Counted from the stretch's first letter, positions 1 through 11,834 are shown. The stretch: 64,000 nt of DNA from Antedon mediterranea (GCF_964355755.1 NC_092670.1:25778795-25842794); one strand, 5' to 3'. Notes: generated by a model from the sequence alone, not told the origin. Numbers and translations are program-made.

Positions 1-156
1 AAAAATGAAGAAATGCCAGTAGCGTTTGCCAGCAAGGCACTTACAGACACTGAGAAACGATACGCAAACATCGAACGCTAACTACTTGAAGCAGTTTTCA
101 CACCTACGTTTATGGAGGAAAATTCATAATATACACAGACCATAAGCTGCTCGAAA
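1..156 (+). pseudogene. Ty3/Gypsy LTR retrotransposon RNase H fragment
   Basis: Translates as KNEEMPVAFASKALTDTEKRYANIER*LL...HTYVYGGKFIIYTDHKLLE, matching the Gypsy RNase H motifs (PVAFAS, E.RYA.IERE, TDHKPL). Contains a stop and a deletion. Confidence 0.8.
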
Positions 157-207
157 GAAGGGGAATGATGATGGACAACAACACTTGAACTATAGAATAA
201 TAATTAA

Positions 208-3200
208 TAACTAGATTTGAACTCGTCACTACGGATGAGTTAGGTTATCCGCAGCGTAAACGCCACATGCACGTCATACGTTAGAATATTGCGCACAGAA
301 AAACACTTATGACATTGGAAAAATGTTAGTGCGCTCCCTATTTTGTGTCACGTCTAAGTATATACGGTTTACACTATATACTGTATACGTACTACATACA
401 GTGCAGAATAGGTGAAAATAAGTGACCCAAGTTATTGACGCTTTTGGACATGACGACGTCATCACAATTTTTAAAATGGTATATATATTCCCAAGGCAGC
501 ATGTAAATTAATGAACAAATACACCTTGTACTAAAAAGGAGGGATGTCACATCACCTTCACCTCGGTAAAAGCTAGGGCAAATCCGACCACTGGACAGCA
601 ACACCTGTTTATAACAGGTAACTCTCATTAGAAATCCCAATAGAGCAATTATAAATTCCACAATATACTAACTCAGTGAACAGTTAATAGATTATCATAT
701 TCTATCCAGTCTTCGAACAAGCAACATTAGTTCAATTCAATAGCTCATATACTCAACAGTATAAGTGTATTACTTGTTTTAATGTAAAATTTTATAGTTG
801 TATTATTGTCTTGAAAATCATGCACCCTCTATAAAGTTTTCTATCGCTCGACTAGTTATTTCTATCTTGGAAATTTGTATTGAGTAGCGAAATGGTGCAA
901 CAAAGGCTATACGATGTTAGTGAAGTTTTGAATCAGATATTTGCTGATTCAGACAGTGAGGATGACTTTGATGTCAATGATTCAAGTCAATCGTTCCCGT
1001 CTGATGACTATAGTTCCGATGATAGTGATTCTAAGATGAGTGTTGATTGTTCGTTGGATGTGGATAACAAACCTGTAGGCCATGGATCACAGGATGAAAC
1101 TATAAATATGTCTGTGGACAGTGATGGTGAAGCGGGCGTGGACAGTGACGATGAATCGGTGAGTTCTGATCGTTTATCAGTTGATGATGATGAGCCAGTG
1201 CCAGTTGTGCGTGGTCGTGGTAGAGGAAGACGTGGTGCACATGTTCTTGATGACAATATAGATCGACGTGGTGTATGCAGTGGCAATAGAGGAGGCAGAC
1301 GTGGGCCATGTGTTCGTGGTGGTATACGTGGAAGAGGAGGTCAGGCAAGAGGTCAGAGGGGCCGGACTCGTGCTAGAGGACAGGGGCCTGCAAGAGATCA
1401 GAACCCAAAGATAAATTGGGACATTGATCCAAATGATAGTTTTCAACCAAAGCAAATTCCATTCTCTGGTGGTGAACGACTCAAAGTTAGAATTGGTAGA
1501 CGTTTTTCGGTTTACTTGGACTGATGGGTATTATTCACAAGCCTAGGCTAGAAATGTATTGGAGCACTAATGATTTGATAGAAATACCTATATTTGGCCA
1601 AATAATGAACAGAGATAGGTTTTTCCTGATAATGAAATTTCTACATTTTGCAAACAATGAAGACCCTGCACATGACCCCACGGATGTCAATAGGGACAGA
1701 CTCTACAAAATTAGGCCTCTCATCAGAATGGTTCGAGAATGAATGCAGCGTGTTTATTCGCCATCTAAAGAACTCTGCGTAGATGAATCCTTGCTTTTCT
1801 TCAAGGGGAGACTGCTGTTCAAACAATGTATTCGAACAAAACGTGCATGTTTTGAAATCAAGTTTTATGAACTATGTACATCCGATGGTATATGTCTTGA
1901 TTTTATTGTATATTCAGCCGAGAATATTTTCAGAGACCATCCAGACCCTCATCCTCAAATGCTTGTTACTGAGCGTATTCCTAAACATGATGCAGCCTTT
2001 TCTCGACCGAGGCCACACACTGTATGTTGATAATTTGTATACATCATCTCCAGCTCTGGCTACGTACCTTCTTGATCACGATACATACCTTTGTGGCACT
2101 GTCAACCCAAAGCGTTCCGATTATCCCAGTGATCTACGGACAAAGGCACTTGACAAGGGAATATCATGTTTTATGAAGTCGCAAACAGGAAACATGTTAG
2201 TGGTAAAGTTCCGGGAGCTAAAAAACAAATCTAACAACAAACCAAAAGAAGTGTGCATGCTGACCACAGAAGGCAGGGCCGCTATGATCCCAACTACAAA
2301 ACGTGACAACAATCTTATTCACAAGCCATCATGTATAATTGCGTATAATTACAACATAAGAGGAGTTGATATGGTGGACCAACAGCTGCACAGCGCGCCG
2401 TGAGCATTGTAAGAAAAACATACAAGTGGTATAAGAAAATACAGTAGCTCTCAGAATGTTCATGCAGTGTGCTCTAAGTGCCCACAAACTCCATCAGAAG
2501 TTCACACCATCTACCAAAGATTTTTTGGCTGATGTTAAAGATCTTTAACAGTACTTGTGTGTTCAAGCCCTAGATTGAACAAAGATGTAACACGTCATGA
2601 AGTAGTACAAAGGTTAATTGGAAAGCACTTTCCCGTGAAAAGAGAAAGTAAAGACGGCAACACAAAAAACAAGAAAGACAAAATGTGTCGGGTGTGCTGG
2701 GCTCGTGGTCACCGCACAAGTACTGGAAAAGAGATCAAGACAGTGTGGATTTGCAAAGAGTGCCCAAGTAACCCATGTTTGCATGCCGATAAAGATTGTT
2801 TCAGGGCCTACCACACAAAATTGGACTATTCTAAAGAGGATGATGAGTATTAGAGAAAACCAAAAAACCATGACGTCATGCCGGCCATTTTGAAAGTAAC
2901 AAAATTCACCCGCCCCAATAGAACAACATCGTGTATCACAACACGCAAAAAAAAAAATTTCAAAACAATAGTTAGTTTTTGTACTATAATAGTAGTATAT
3001 TTTTGCAAAAAGTTCATTATTTCCTCAATTTTACCCCAAAACTTACATAGAAAGTTGGATAGAATTAAGTTTGAGCATTTTCAAATTAAGTGCGTGTGCG
3101 CATAACTTAGGTGTGAAACATGCCTTTTTTAATCCACAGAATTAAATTTTTAAAGTGTCAATACAAAATGACTTTATCTGGTTTTTAATCTATGATAAAT

Positions 3201-3415
3201 TATTGAAATTCATAAAATTGCGTGTAAGTCATTGCGTTATTCTGACGTTTTTCAAAAATACTGTCAATATGTTGACAAACTTACAAAATGTTATGTTTAT
3301 ATGTTTTAGAGAAATGCGAAGCACAAAAATAGGGTGGAAAGAAAGAAGAATAATACAGAAAAAAAAGTTGATGATGATCTCATACAATCACAAGGAGTTA
3401 TCTGCGGATAACTAA
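208..3415 (-). mobile_element. Helentron/HINE-type element (about 3.2 kb) carrying a piggyBac transposase as cargo
   Basis: Left end AACTAG followed by a hairpin ACTCGTC-actacg-GATGAGT (221-240) and a subterminal IR GGTTATCCGCAG (243-254). Right end has CTGCGGATAACT (3402-3413) within the palindrome AGTTATC-tgcg-GATAACT, preceded by a GAA-rich tract. Both flanks are A/T runs with no TSD. Confidence 0.65.
880..2853 (+). pseudogene. piggyBac (PGBD4-like) transposase, frameshifted and internally deleted
   Basis: Acidic N-terminus; MGI...YWS...M.RDRF..I.KFLHF; DRLYKIRP; catalytic motifs VDES, VDNLYT and GVDMVDQ; C-terminal Cys-rich domain CRVC...CKECPSNPCLH...CF..YH. Split over five ORFs. Confidence 0.92.
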
Positions 3416-3446
3416 TAAAAAATATACTGCTTTAAAAAACAACATC

Positions 3447-4883
3447 CTGCAAGCATAAAATTCTAAGGAATCGATTATTTTTTATTTATAACTATTTTTA
3501 ATCAATTATTATTGAGCACCCTTCAGAAATCCATCGTCAACTTAGCTTCGTGAATATCATCGCTAGGCCTGACGATAAAACTACGGAGGCCTCACAGGAC
3601 ATTAACATTGATAGAGTAAATTATTGCGCTCTATAGAGGGCGTAGTTACTAATGTTTAAAACACGCACTAAATAATAATTTGCAATAGTCCGACATGAGT
3701 TTTGTATTTTTAATAAAGAAATAATAATATTGTATTGTTGTATTCATCATTGTGTGTGTATCAACATCATGTTAATTTTTAATTTGTTCTTTCATTTTAA
3801 TAGTAGAATTTTACACAGGAAAGAAGATAAATGGGACTGATGACTCTTGAAGATATAAGTACTTCTTACTGACCAATTTTCTTCTGTTCTACTTTATTTT
3901 ACTATGGTTTGTAAGTCAAATAAACAAATGAAATGAACTAAAAAGAATTGAAATGTACCATAAATGTATACAGTACTTTGTTCAGTCCTGATATACAGTA
4001 CATTGTTATAACACAATAAACAAGAAGCTTTTGACAACATCATTGCTTTAGTAATGTTATCACTGTACTAGAAACGCTCATGTTATGGTTTCCCAATTTT
4101 AAGATTTGTATAGCATATATATAAATTACCATTTTTTATTCAACTATGAAAGTACTCACATGGAATTACAAATGGAACAAAAACAGAAAGATATAATTTA
4201 TTGAAATGAAATGTACGTATCAATGGATATATTTATAATAAAAACGTGATATGAAGCATTCTCCATCTATTACTAGAATAATCAATTTATTTTACTTATG
4301 ATGACACTGAATACACCATTTCATGTCTTTCATTTTTTCTTTTTGTTTATCTTCTCTCCTTTTGTGTAAATCTACTATTTATTAACATAAAAACAAATAA
4401 AATACCTGTATAACATTAAATAATGATTCATCTATTCATTTATTTATTTCAACAATATTTACGAGGGTGGTCCATCCAGCCGAAGCTGATCATTGGGACC
4501 CTCACAAAAATACAATTTGACAAGACAAAAACATACACCAATTATTTACCTTAAATTAAAATAAATAGAATTTATAAAAATTAAAAAAACTAATTAAACA
4601 CAAAAATATTTCTTTATAAAAATTTTTTTATTCATTTCACGACGAATATGTAAACAATATTATTTGTTATGGCCACATAATATGACCATACCAGCGTCCT
4701 CTATAGATTGCCAACATTCTTGATGCCCTGTGAGGCCTCCGTATTTTTATGGGCAGGCCAAGCAAAGATATTCACGAAGCTAAGCTGGCGATGGATTTTT
4801 AAAGGGTGCTAAATATTACCGTAATTGATTAAAAATAGTTATAAATAAAAAATGATCGATGTTTTACAATGTTATGCTTGTAG
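3447..4883. mobile_element. Non-autonomous element bounded by about 200-bp imperfect inverted repeats
   Basis: 3447-3643 is the reverse complement of about 4694-4883 (for example CTTAGCTTCGTGAATATC / GATATTCACGAAGCTAAG and TACGGAGGCCTCACAGG / CCTGTGAGGCCTCCGTA). Confidence 0.7.
4430..4690 (-). mobile_element. LINE 3'-end fragment (CR1/L2-type tail)
   Basis: (TTTA)n tail next to GAGGGTGGTCCATCCAGC...GCTGATCATTGGGACCCTC. The same tail appears on the SINE at 43465-43545. Confidence 0.5.
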
Positions 4884-5646
4884 AATTTGTAGACAACTCG
4901 TGAGACAGTAGGTTAGATGAAGTATTGAAACAATTTTGAGTAATTTTAAGGGGTGGGTACAAAACTGCATTAGCGCCAAGTTGTAATTAATAGGTATTTG
5001 CAACATTCTGAGTCTCGTTTGTTTCCGTTTTGTAGTACGTAGGACCAGTAGTCTAGCTAGGCCCCTAGTGTATAGTCTAGTGTAGTGGGACTATACTAAT
5101 ACTATTACTATACTTTATAGGAGGTCTAATAAATAGGCGCATAGTCTTTCTACAACCAAGGTAAAGGTAGCTAGATGGAGTAACTGACAGGTGATATTAC
5201 TTAAATATAGGCACACAAAGAAGGAATAGAAATCACCAACCTTATAAAGCCATCCGCGTTTCCACAACACACAGTATGGATAGATTCCTGGTTGATACAA
5301 AACAATGCCTCAGCTCTCAATATTAATTCCGGTTTCGAAAATTATCGGGGATTCCCCCTTTGGTTATACAGATATTAGAGGGCGCTGTTTTGAAATAATA
5401 AAAAATGGAATTTCTATTATAAACAATCAACAAGATGATTTAATATAGGTAGATTTTTTGGGAATTTTGCGCCTCTTATTTTAATCAAATTATTGTTAAT
5501 TTTTATTTATTATGAACTTATAAGGGAAATAAATGTTACTTTGATTGATTGTTGATTGATTAAAACAGCCCAAAGTGACAAATTGCAAACAGACATTTTT
5601 CTTTTTTAAATGTTCACATATGAGACCGACAAAAACATAGCTGAAT

Positions 5647-6272
5647 ATGGTTTCCAAACAGAGGATCGTCCAAAAAGAAGAAAATAAAATTGCAAATACA
5701 ACTATTAGTTCTTTCATCGTAATAGACACACCATTAATTCCCAAAACAAACAGCTTTCAAACTCTACAAGAACTCCAACCGAATGCCCCTAAATTCGTTC
5801 CATCTAATGATTCTCAAACCAATAACCTTATGGATCAGAGAAATGTACTCAACTGTGAACAGTAATCTAGTAAATTCAATGCTTAAGAACATTAAAACGC
5901 ATGTTCTAACCAACACATCAGGGAAAACTTTCCGGGGTGCCACTGTCAAACGAATTACCAACAATATTAAAGAATGACCGTCATGTATCAAACATTATAG
6001 TTCATGTTGCTACTAATGATAGTAATTCAAACTACGAATTGGCCAATGATTTATGGAACTTATCTCGCATCTTCGGTTTCAGGGGGCGTATACATATCTG
6101 GTATATGGCCGCGACTGCCAACTACATATTCGAGTGCTTGAAACGAACGAAATGTTATTCTCTACTTTTGGACACTTCTTTATCGATCACACAAATTAAT
6201 GATTTCCTCTTAACTTTTGGACTTGACGCTTCAATGTTCACAAACGATAGATTACATCTAAGCCAACGTTGA
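5647..6272 (+). pseudogene. SGNH/GDSL esterase-like LINE ORF1 remnant (5' half)
   Basis: Frameshifted segments KTFRGATVKRI, SNIIVHVATND and DRLHLS resemble SGNH blocks II, III and V seen in CR1/L2-group ORF1 esterases. Confidence 0.65.
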
Positions 6273-6279
6273 AAAACTA

Positions 6280-8552
6280 CTATTTATTTACTTGATTTAC
6301 TTGATGTTGAGACTTATAAAGCCGAAGCTTGTGTGTCCCTCGACGTGTTTCTATATATTATATTATCTTGTCTACTATAGGGGGCAAACTTGCTGTTTTT
6401 CCAGCCTTGACTTGAACTGGTTGATTGAGTCAGATTCTATGACCGTTGACGGTAATTTGTTCCACACGTTGCATATGTTTTGAGTGAAGAACTTTTGTCT
6501 AATTCTTTTAGATGAGATATGTCTTTATTCATTTTCAATTTATGGCCTCTAGTTCTGGACTCTCCTACTAAAGTGAACAGATTTCTGGCATCAATATTAT
6601 CAATATGACTGCAAATTTTAAAAAACCTGGATTAGAGCAGATCTTAACCTTCTGAAATAAAGAGTAGGTAGTTGTAGTTGTTCAATCTATCCCGATAAGT
6701 ATCTATTCTAATTCCTGGCACCAGACGGGTTGCTCTTTGTTGCACTTTTTCAAGCTTGTCTGACTCTTTATGATATATATGTTGCCAAACAGGACTGCAA
6801 TACCCGATTGACGGCCTGATTATGGTTTTATACAGCTGCATGACAGAATAGTTATCCAGCTAATGAAAAACGTTCGTTTTATCATTCCTATTTTTCTGTT
6901 TGCCATAGAAGCCTTACTGTGCAACATGTAATCCAAAGGACAATTTATTATCAAGTATGATTCCCAAATCTCTTATTGATTCCACTGCTTGAATTGGAAT
7001 TCTTCTTTGATCAGTAGGCCTACACATGATAGATAACTTTCCTATTCTTTCTTCAAAAATGCATAATTTTACATTTCATTAAGTTGAAAGGAAGTTGCCA
7101 TTTCTCAGACCATGCAAATAATTTATTCAGATCTTCCTGTATTCCATTTGATTCTTCCACACTGTTCACAAAGTTGTACATTTTGGTATCATCTGCAAAC
7201 ATTTTTACTTTTGAACTAACTCCGTCAGGGAGATCATTAATAAATATACTGAACAGTGCAGGACCAAGCACGCTGCCCTATGGGACTCCACTACTAACTC
7301 GCAGGCTTTCTGATTGAACTCCATTTAACACCACTTGTTGTGACCGTCCAGAAATAAATGCTCTAATCCAATTTAATAAATTTCCTCCAGTGCCGTACGC
7401 CTGTAATTTGTTTAACAGCCTCATGTTGTATACTGTCAGACGCTTTTTTGAAATCTAGAAAGATGCAATCAAAACATTGACCCTCTTCAATCCATTTGGT
7501 CCATTGTTCTAAAACTTCAATCATCAAAGTGGTAGGCCTACATGAACGACCTGATCTAAAGCCATGTTGATGAGTAGAAAAAAGGTGATTAACTTCCATA
7601 TGATTCATCAAGGCATTTCTTACAAACGTCTCCATGGTCTTGCACAATATAGATGTAAGGCTGACTGGTCTGTAATTTAGGGGGTCTGATTTTTTACCCT
7701 TCCTAAAAATTGGCACTACTTTAGCTTCTTTCCACGAATTTGGTAGGACTCCATTCTCCACTAATTTTGAAAAAATATCTTGTAAAAGAGGGCGAAGTTC
7801 ACTACTTAGTTCTTGAATGTAATCCATCGGGTCCAGATATCCAGGCGCCGTAAAAAAGATTCTATATCTGTTTTTGAGAATGTCACAGTAACTAGTTCAG
7901 GGCCAAGCGGGATGGTAAGTCAGGAATATTAAGAACGCCCTCTAACGTAAAAACTAAAGCAAAGGCTTTATTGAACACTTTTGCTTTCCCGTAATCATCT
8001 GACACCATCTCACCTAGATTATTCATCACACAAGCAATATCTAGTCTCGATTTCGTTTTGCTTTGTACATATTTCCAAAAGTTCACTTTTATTATATTTT
8101 TGTGGCAATTTTAGTTTCATAACTCTTTTTTTCTTGCTTTACTAATCCTGTAACAAAATTTCGTTGCTTAGCATAATTATTCCATGAGTTTTCATCTCGC
8201 TTTTTTTGGAATCGGTTCCACAATTTATGTTTTAGATTGATCTTCTTTTTCAGCTCGATATTTACCCACTCCTTCCTATTTAATAGTCTCTTTTTCCGTA
8301 ATGGCACATATTTCTCAACACATATATTAATAGCTTTTTCAATCTTTTGAGATAACTCTTCACCCGTTGCGTCAAGACATTCCTCCTTGATATTGAAATT
8401 TGAAAACTCTTCTCTTCACTTATTTTATCGTAATTGGCTTTATAGTAATTCCTCATATAAGGTATTTTACGTTCCTTTATACCCTCTTTAATCCTTAATT
8501 TAAATATAATTACAGCATGGTCGCTTTTACCAATATTTTTACTATATAGCAT
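6280..8552 (-). mobile_element. 5'-truncated CR1-group LINE (end of APE plus RT), degenerate
   Basis: Motifs SDHAVI, NYRPVSLTS, QHGFRSGRSC, LDFKKA, GSVLGPALF, MFADD and LYKTIIRP spread over frameshifted ORFs. Short-repeat tail (CTTGATTTA) near 6285-6305. Confidence 0.9.
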
Positions 8553-8600
8553 AAATTATGGACTCAAATAATACCAATGAGAAGGAGCAAGAAGAGATTG

Positions 8601-8735
8601 GAACAAATTTCAAATGACTGGTGTTATTTCTGTGGTGAGAGTGGCTATGTCCGCCATCAATGTACACATGGTAAGTCGGTTATTTGCTTTCACTGCAACC
8701 AAGAGGGCCATAAGGCGAGGTTTTGCAAATACTGA
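8601..8735 (+). pseudogene. Tandem CCHC zinc knuckles (gag/ORF1-like C-terminus)
   Basis: Translates as EQISNDWCYFCGESGYVRHQCTHGKSVICFHCNQEGHKARFCKY*: two CX2CX4(H)X4C knuckles, the first with H replaced by Y. Confidence 0.75.
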
Positions 8736-9786
8736 GATTTTGGCAAAGAGGAAGCCAGAAATTAATCTGTAAGACTAAGGTAGGGCCTACATAAAAATAA
8801 GAACAAAATGTCTAAATTAGTTACTGGTAAATGTGGTGAATGTTTAAAAAACATACTTTCTTCAGACCTGCTATGAAACATTGTACGAAAAAATGACCGG
8901 AAGTACAACACTTGACCTGTAGTACTATTAGTACCCCTTTCACAATAAAACTTCGGTGTGCAACACCGGGGTTTATAAAATAAAATTGTAAATGTCGCCC
9001 TCAATTTTGTTTGTTTACCTAGCGACGATCATTAGAATCATTTTAATTGATAATATTGTATTATATAATGTTTTATTAATACTACTTATTATTTTCTAGA
9101 CCCGCTATATATTTTTTACCAATATTTAAAGTATTTTTAAATAATACTAAAGCAATGAGTGATCGTGTGAGGATGACCTTTTTTTAGAGCAATTAGTATA
9201 AACAAATATATATATACATTCTGAACAAATCAGTGAAAAAATCAGCTCTCTCTGAATAGCAGTTTACCATGTAATTTCACCCTAATTTGCATATTTAAGG
9301 TAACTTGCATATCATCGAGATGAGTGATATAAGTGTCATGCTCAAATCTTGATCTCCTCATCATAATGTGACCATTTAAAGTGAAAAATCTCTGTTTGCC
9401 ATTTGTTTCACTCAAAATGTTAGATTGCCTAGCTTAAGGGTATACAATGGTGATCTTTTTATTGACATGTCTGCGTCAAGGATTAATTGATTTTAATTTC
9501 AACAAGAGTGTTTTTACTCTAGGTCTAGGACTAATCCCCGTATTCTTAAACCGGACTTTAGTCGTAGTTCGAGCTAAAACTTTAAAAATGACGTCATTTT
9601 AATTCATAAACCGAACTTCAACTAAATCGCCGACTAATTCAGGCCAACCTCGACTAAATCGAGACGAATTTTGATCGATTTTTTTAGTCCTGGAGGGGGC
9701 AGGCTAAATGGTCGACTAAATGGTTCATTTTTTAATCGAATTTTAAGTAGTATGGAGTCGAGTAATTTGCTTAAAAAATTTATAAC

Positions 9787-9841
9787 CAAAGATATATTAC
9801 TATTAGCTATAAAGATATATAGCGGCGCTATACAATCTTTG
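9787..9841. mobile_element. Micro-MITE, P-element-like (55 bp)
   Basis: Ends CAAAGAT...ATCTTTG, flanked by (T/G)TATAAC on both sides (6 of 7 bp TSD match). Confidence 0.55.
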
Positions 9842-10006
9842 GTATAACATTCACAAGGCTTTTATATCGAATTTAATATCAAAACATGGAGGTATATATA
9901 ATAGTTAGCTAATTCTCGTTGTGAGCGGACGTGTTCATATCGAGCTCCGCTAGGCTACCCATTGTGTGGATACTAGGCCAGTCAACGTAGGCATACTGTA
10001 GTCTAC

Positions 10007-10378
10007 ATGATGTGTTCGACCGGGCTACGTGTGCCGCTACTTATTTTGAACTTATTTCTTGGCCTCTATTTTTCAAGTTTTAATATGGGATTTTCATCCA
10101 GAAATCAATGGCTAAGGCCAGTCGATGGATACTCTGAGCCGGTAAGCTGCAACATTCCTAGCATCGTTGTATGTAAATGTTGGAATTTGTATCTATGCGG
10201 TCAAAGCAGTACGACTACGAGTGTTGTTGCATTCCAACGTAGCAGCAGACCGTCAAGGAAGATCTACAGCGCACCACGTTTGCTCTATTCTAATTCCACT
10301 GTTACATTCTGTATTCTTTTAAGTGGCGATGTTGAATCGAATCCAGGTCCAGGTAATACTCCAGACATCTTCAGTTAA
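10007..10378 (+). CDS. LINE leader peptide ending in a 2A-like (StopGo) motif
   Basis: Hydrophobic N-terminus PLLILNLFLGLYFSSF, and CILLSGDVESNPGP (about 10310-10351) matching the 2A consensus D(V/I)ExNPGP. Confidence 0.75.
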   Translation: MMCSTGLRVPLLILNLFLGLYFSSFNMGFSSRNQWLRPVDGYSEPVSCNIPSIVVCKCWNLYLCGQSSTTTSVVAFQRSSRPSRKIYSAPRLLYSNSTVTFCILLSGDVESNPGPGNTPDIFS

Positions 10379-11834
10379 GGTATACTATCAAAACGTACGT
10401 AGCCTGAAGAATAAAATGGACGTATACAACTCAGATCTGAATGCACACCTAATTCAGAGCAATTTGGATATTGTCGCACTTACGGAAACATGGTTAAACT
10501 GCAACGTGCTCGATTCTGAACTTTCCGTTTCTAATTACACTTTATTTCGACGCGATAGAGATACTGATAAACGCGGTGGTGGTATCCTGATGCTAGTGAA
10601 TAACAAATTTACCTGTAACCGAGTGGAACGCCTAGAAAGTGATTCAACGGAGTTCATGTGGATAGAGATTCAGCTAAAGCGGCGTAGTAGCCTACTTGTT
10701 GGATTATTCTATAGACCACCAAACGCTACACCCGATGTCCTCCGTCGTTTTACTTCGTCTGTGGAAATCGCTATGCTCTACTACAAAAACAGTGAATTCC
10801 TCATTCTTGGAGATTTCAACCTGCCCGAAATTAATTGGAGTAGTAACCCTTATTCTGCTCCAGCTCAGTCCATGGGAGAACACTTACTTGATGTATTGCT
10901 TTCTAGCTGTGGCCTATTTCAATGCAATACGTACTGTACAAGAATGGATAAAATGCTTGATCTTGTTATTTGTAGTAAAAACATTTCCGACAAAGTCTAT
11001 ACTGCTAACGATATTTTTTTATCTGACCACTCATCTTTGAGAATTGATTTCCGTTTAAATTTTGATGTTAAATGTAGTAATGATAATTTGAATCGTAAAA
11101 GTATAATTTACAATTTTAAAGCACTTGATGTCAATAATCTATGTAATACTCTTAACTTTGTTCCATGGAGTGTCTTAATTGATTTTGAAGGTGATTTAAA
11201 TGAAGCTTTGGATATGTTTTATAATTTGTTAAATGCTGCCGTCAATGACACAGTGCCTAAAATTAGAAAGCGCAGAAAGCTTCCTCCGTGGTTTGACAAT
11301 GAGTTGAGAAGTGCGCTTCAACTCAAAGAAAAGTATTATAGATATCTGAAAAAAAATAATAATCGGTTAGCCCAAAGTAATTTCAAATTTGCTCGCGCGT
11401 CTTTTAAAAAAATGTGCAATAAAAAGTACAAAGATTACTTGGACTCTTTGGCTAAGCAAATTGTCACTAACAGTAAAAGATTCTGGAGCTGGATGAAAAC
11501 TAAATACAAGTCAAATAATCTTCCTTCTGTCATGAGTCACGATAACATTTCATTCCAGTCTAATTATGATAAAGCTACCACATTTAATTCTTATTTTCAT
11601 TCTTTTTTCAGTGAGCCTTCTCCGGATGTTCCCCGGGACTATCCAGGTCTTCCTGACTATGCGGTGGATAACTTAAGTTCTCTGTCTGTGAATCAGCATT
11701 CTGTGGAAAAGGCACTTAGTAACATTGATATCAATAAAGCTACTGGCATTGATCAGATTAGTAACGTTGTCTTAAGAGGGTGCCTCCTCCTCACTCTCTT
11801 ATCCGCTTTGCAAATTGTTTCAGCTATCTATTAA
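10323..11834 (+). CDS. LINE ORF2 APE endonuclease portion
   Basis: 503-aa ORF containing the exonuclease/endonuclease/phosphatase motifs. Its frame is shifted relative to both the leader and the RT. Confidence 0.85.
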   Translation: MAMLNRIQVQVILQTSSVKVYYQNVRSLKNKMDVYNSDLNAHLIQSNLDIVALTETWLNCNVLDSELSVSNYTLFRRDRDTDKRGGGILMLVNNKFTCNRVERLESDSTEFMWIEIQLKRRSSLLVGLFYRPPNATPDVLRRFTSSVEIAMLYYKNSEFLILGDFNLPEINWSSNPYSAPAQSMGEHLLDVLLSSCGLFQCNTYCTRMDKMLDLVICSKNISDKVYTANDIFLSDHSSLRIDFRLNFDVKCSNDNLNRKSIIYNFKALDVNNLCNTLNFVPWSVLIDFEGDLNEALDMFYNLLNAAVNDTVPKIRKRRKLPPWFDNELRSALQLKEKYYRYLKKNNNRLAQSNFKFARASFKKMCNKKYKDYLDSLAKQIVTNSKRFWSWMKTKYKSNNLPSVMSHDNISFQSNYDKATTFNSYFHSFFSEPSPDVPRDYPGLPDYAVDNLSSLSVNQHSVEKALSNIDINKATGIDQISNVVLRGCLLLTLLSALQIVSAIY

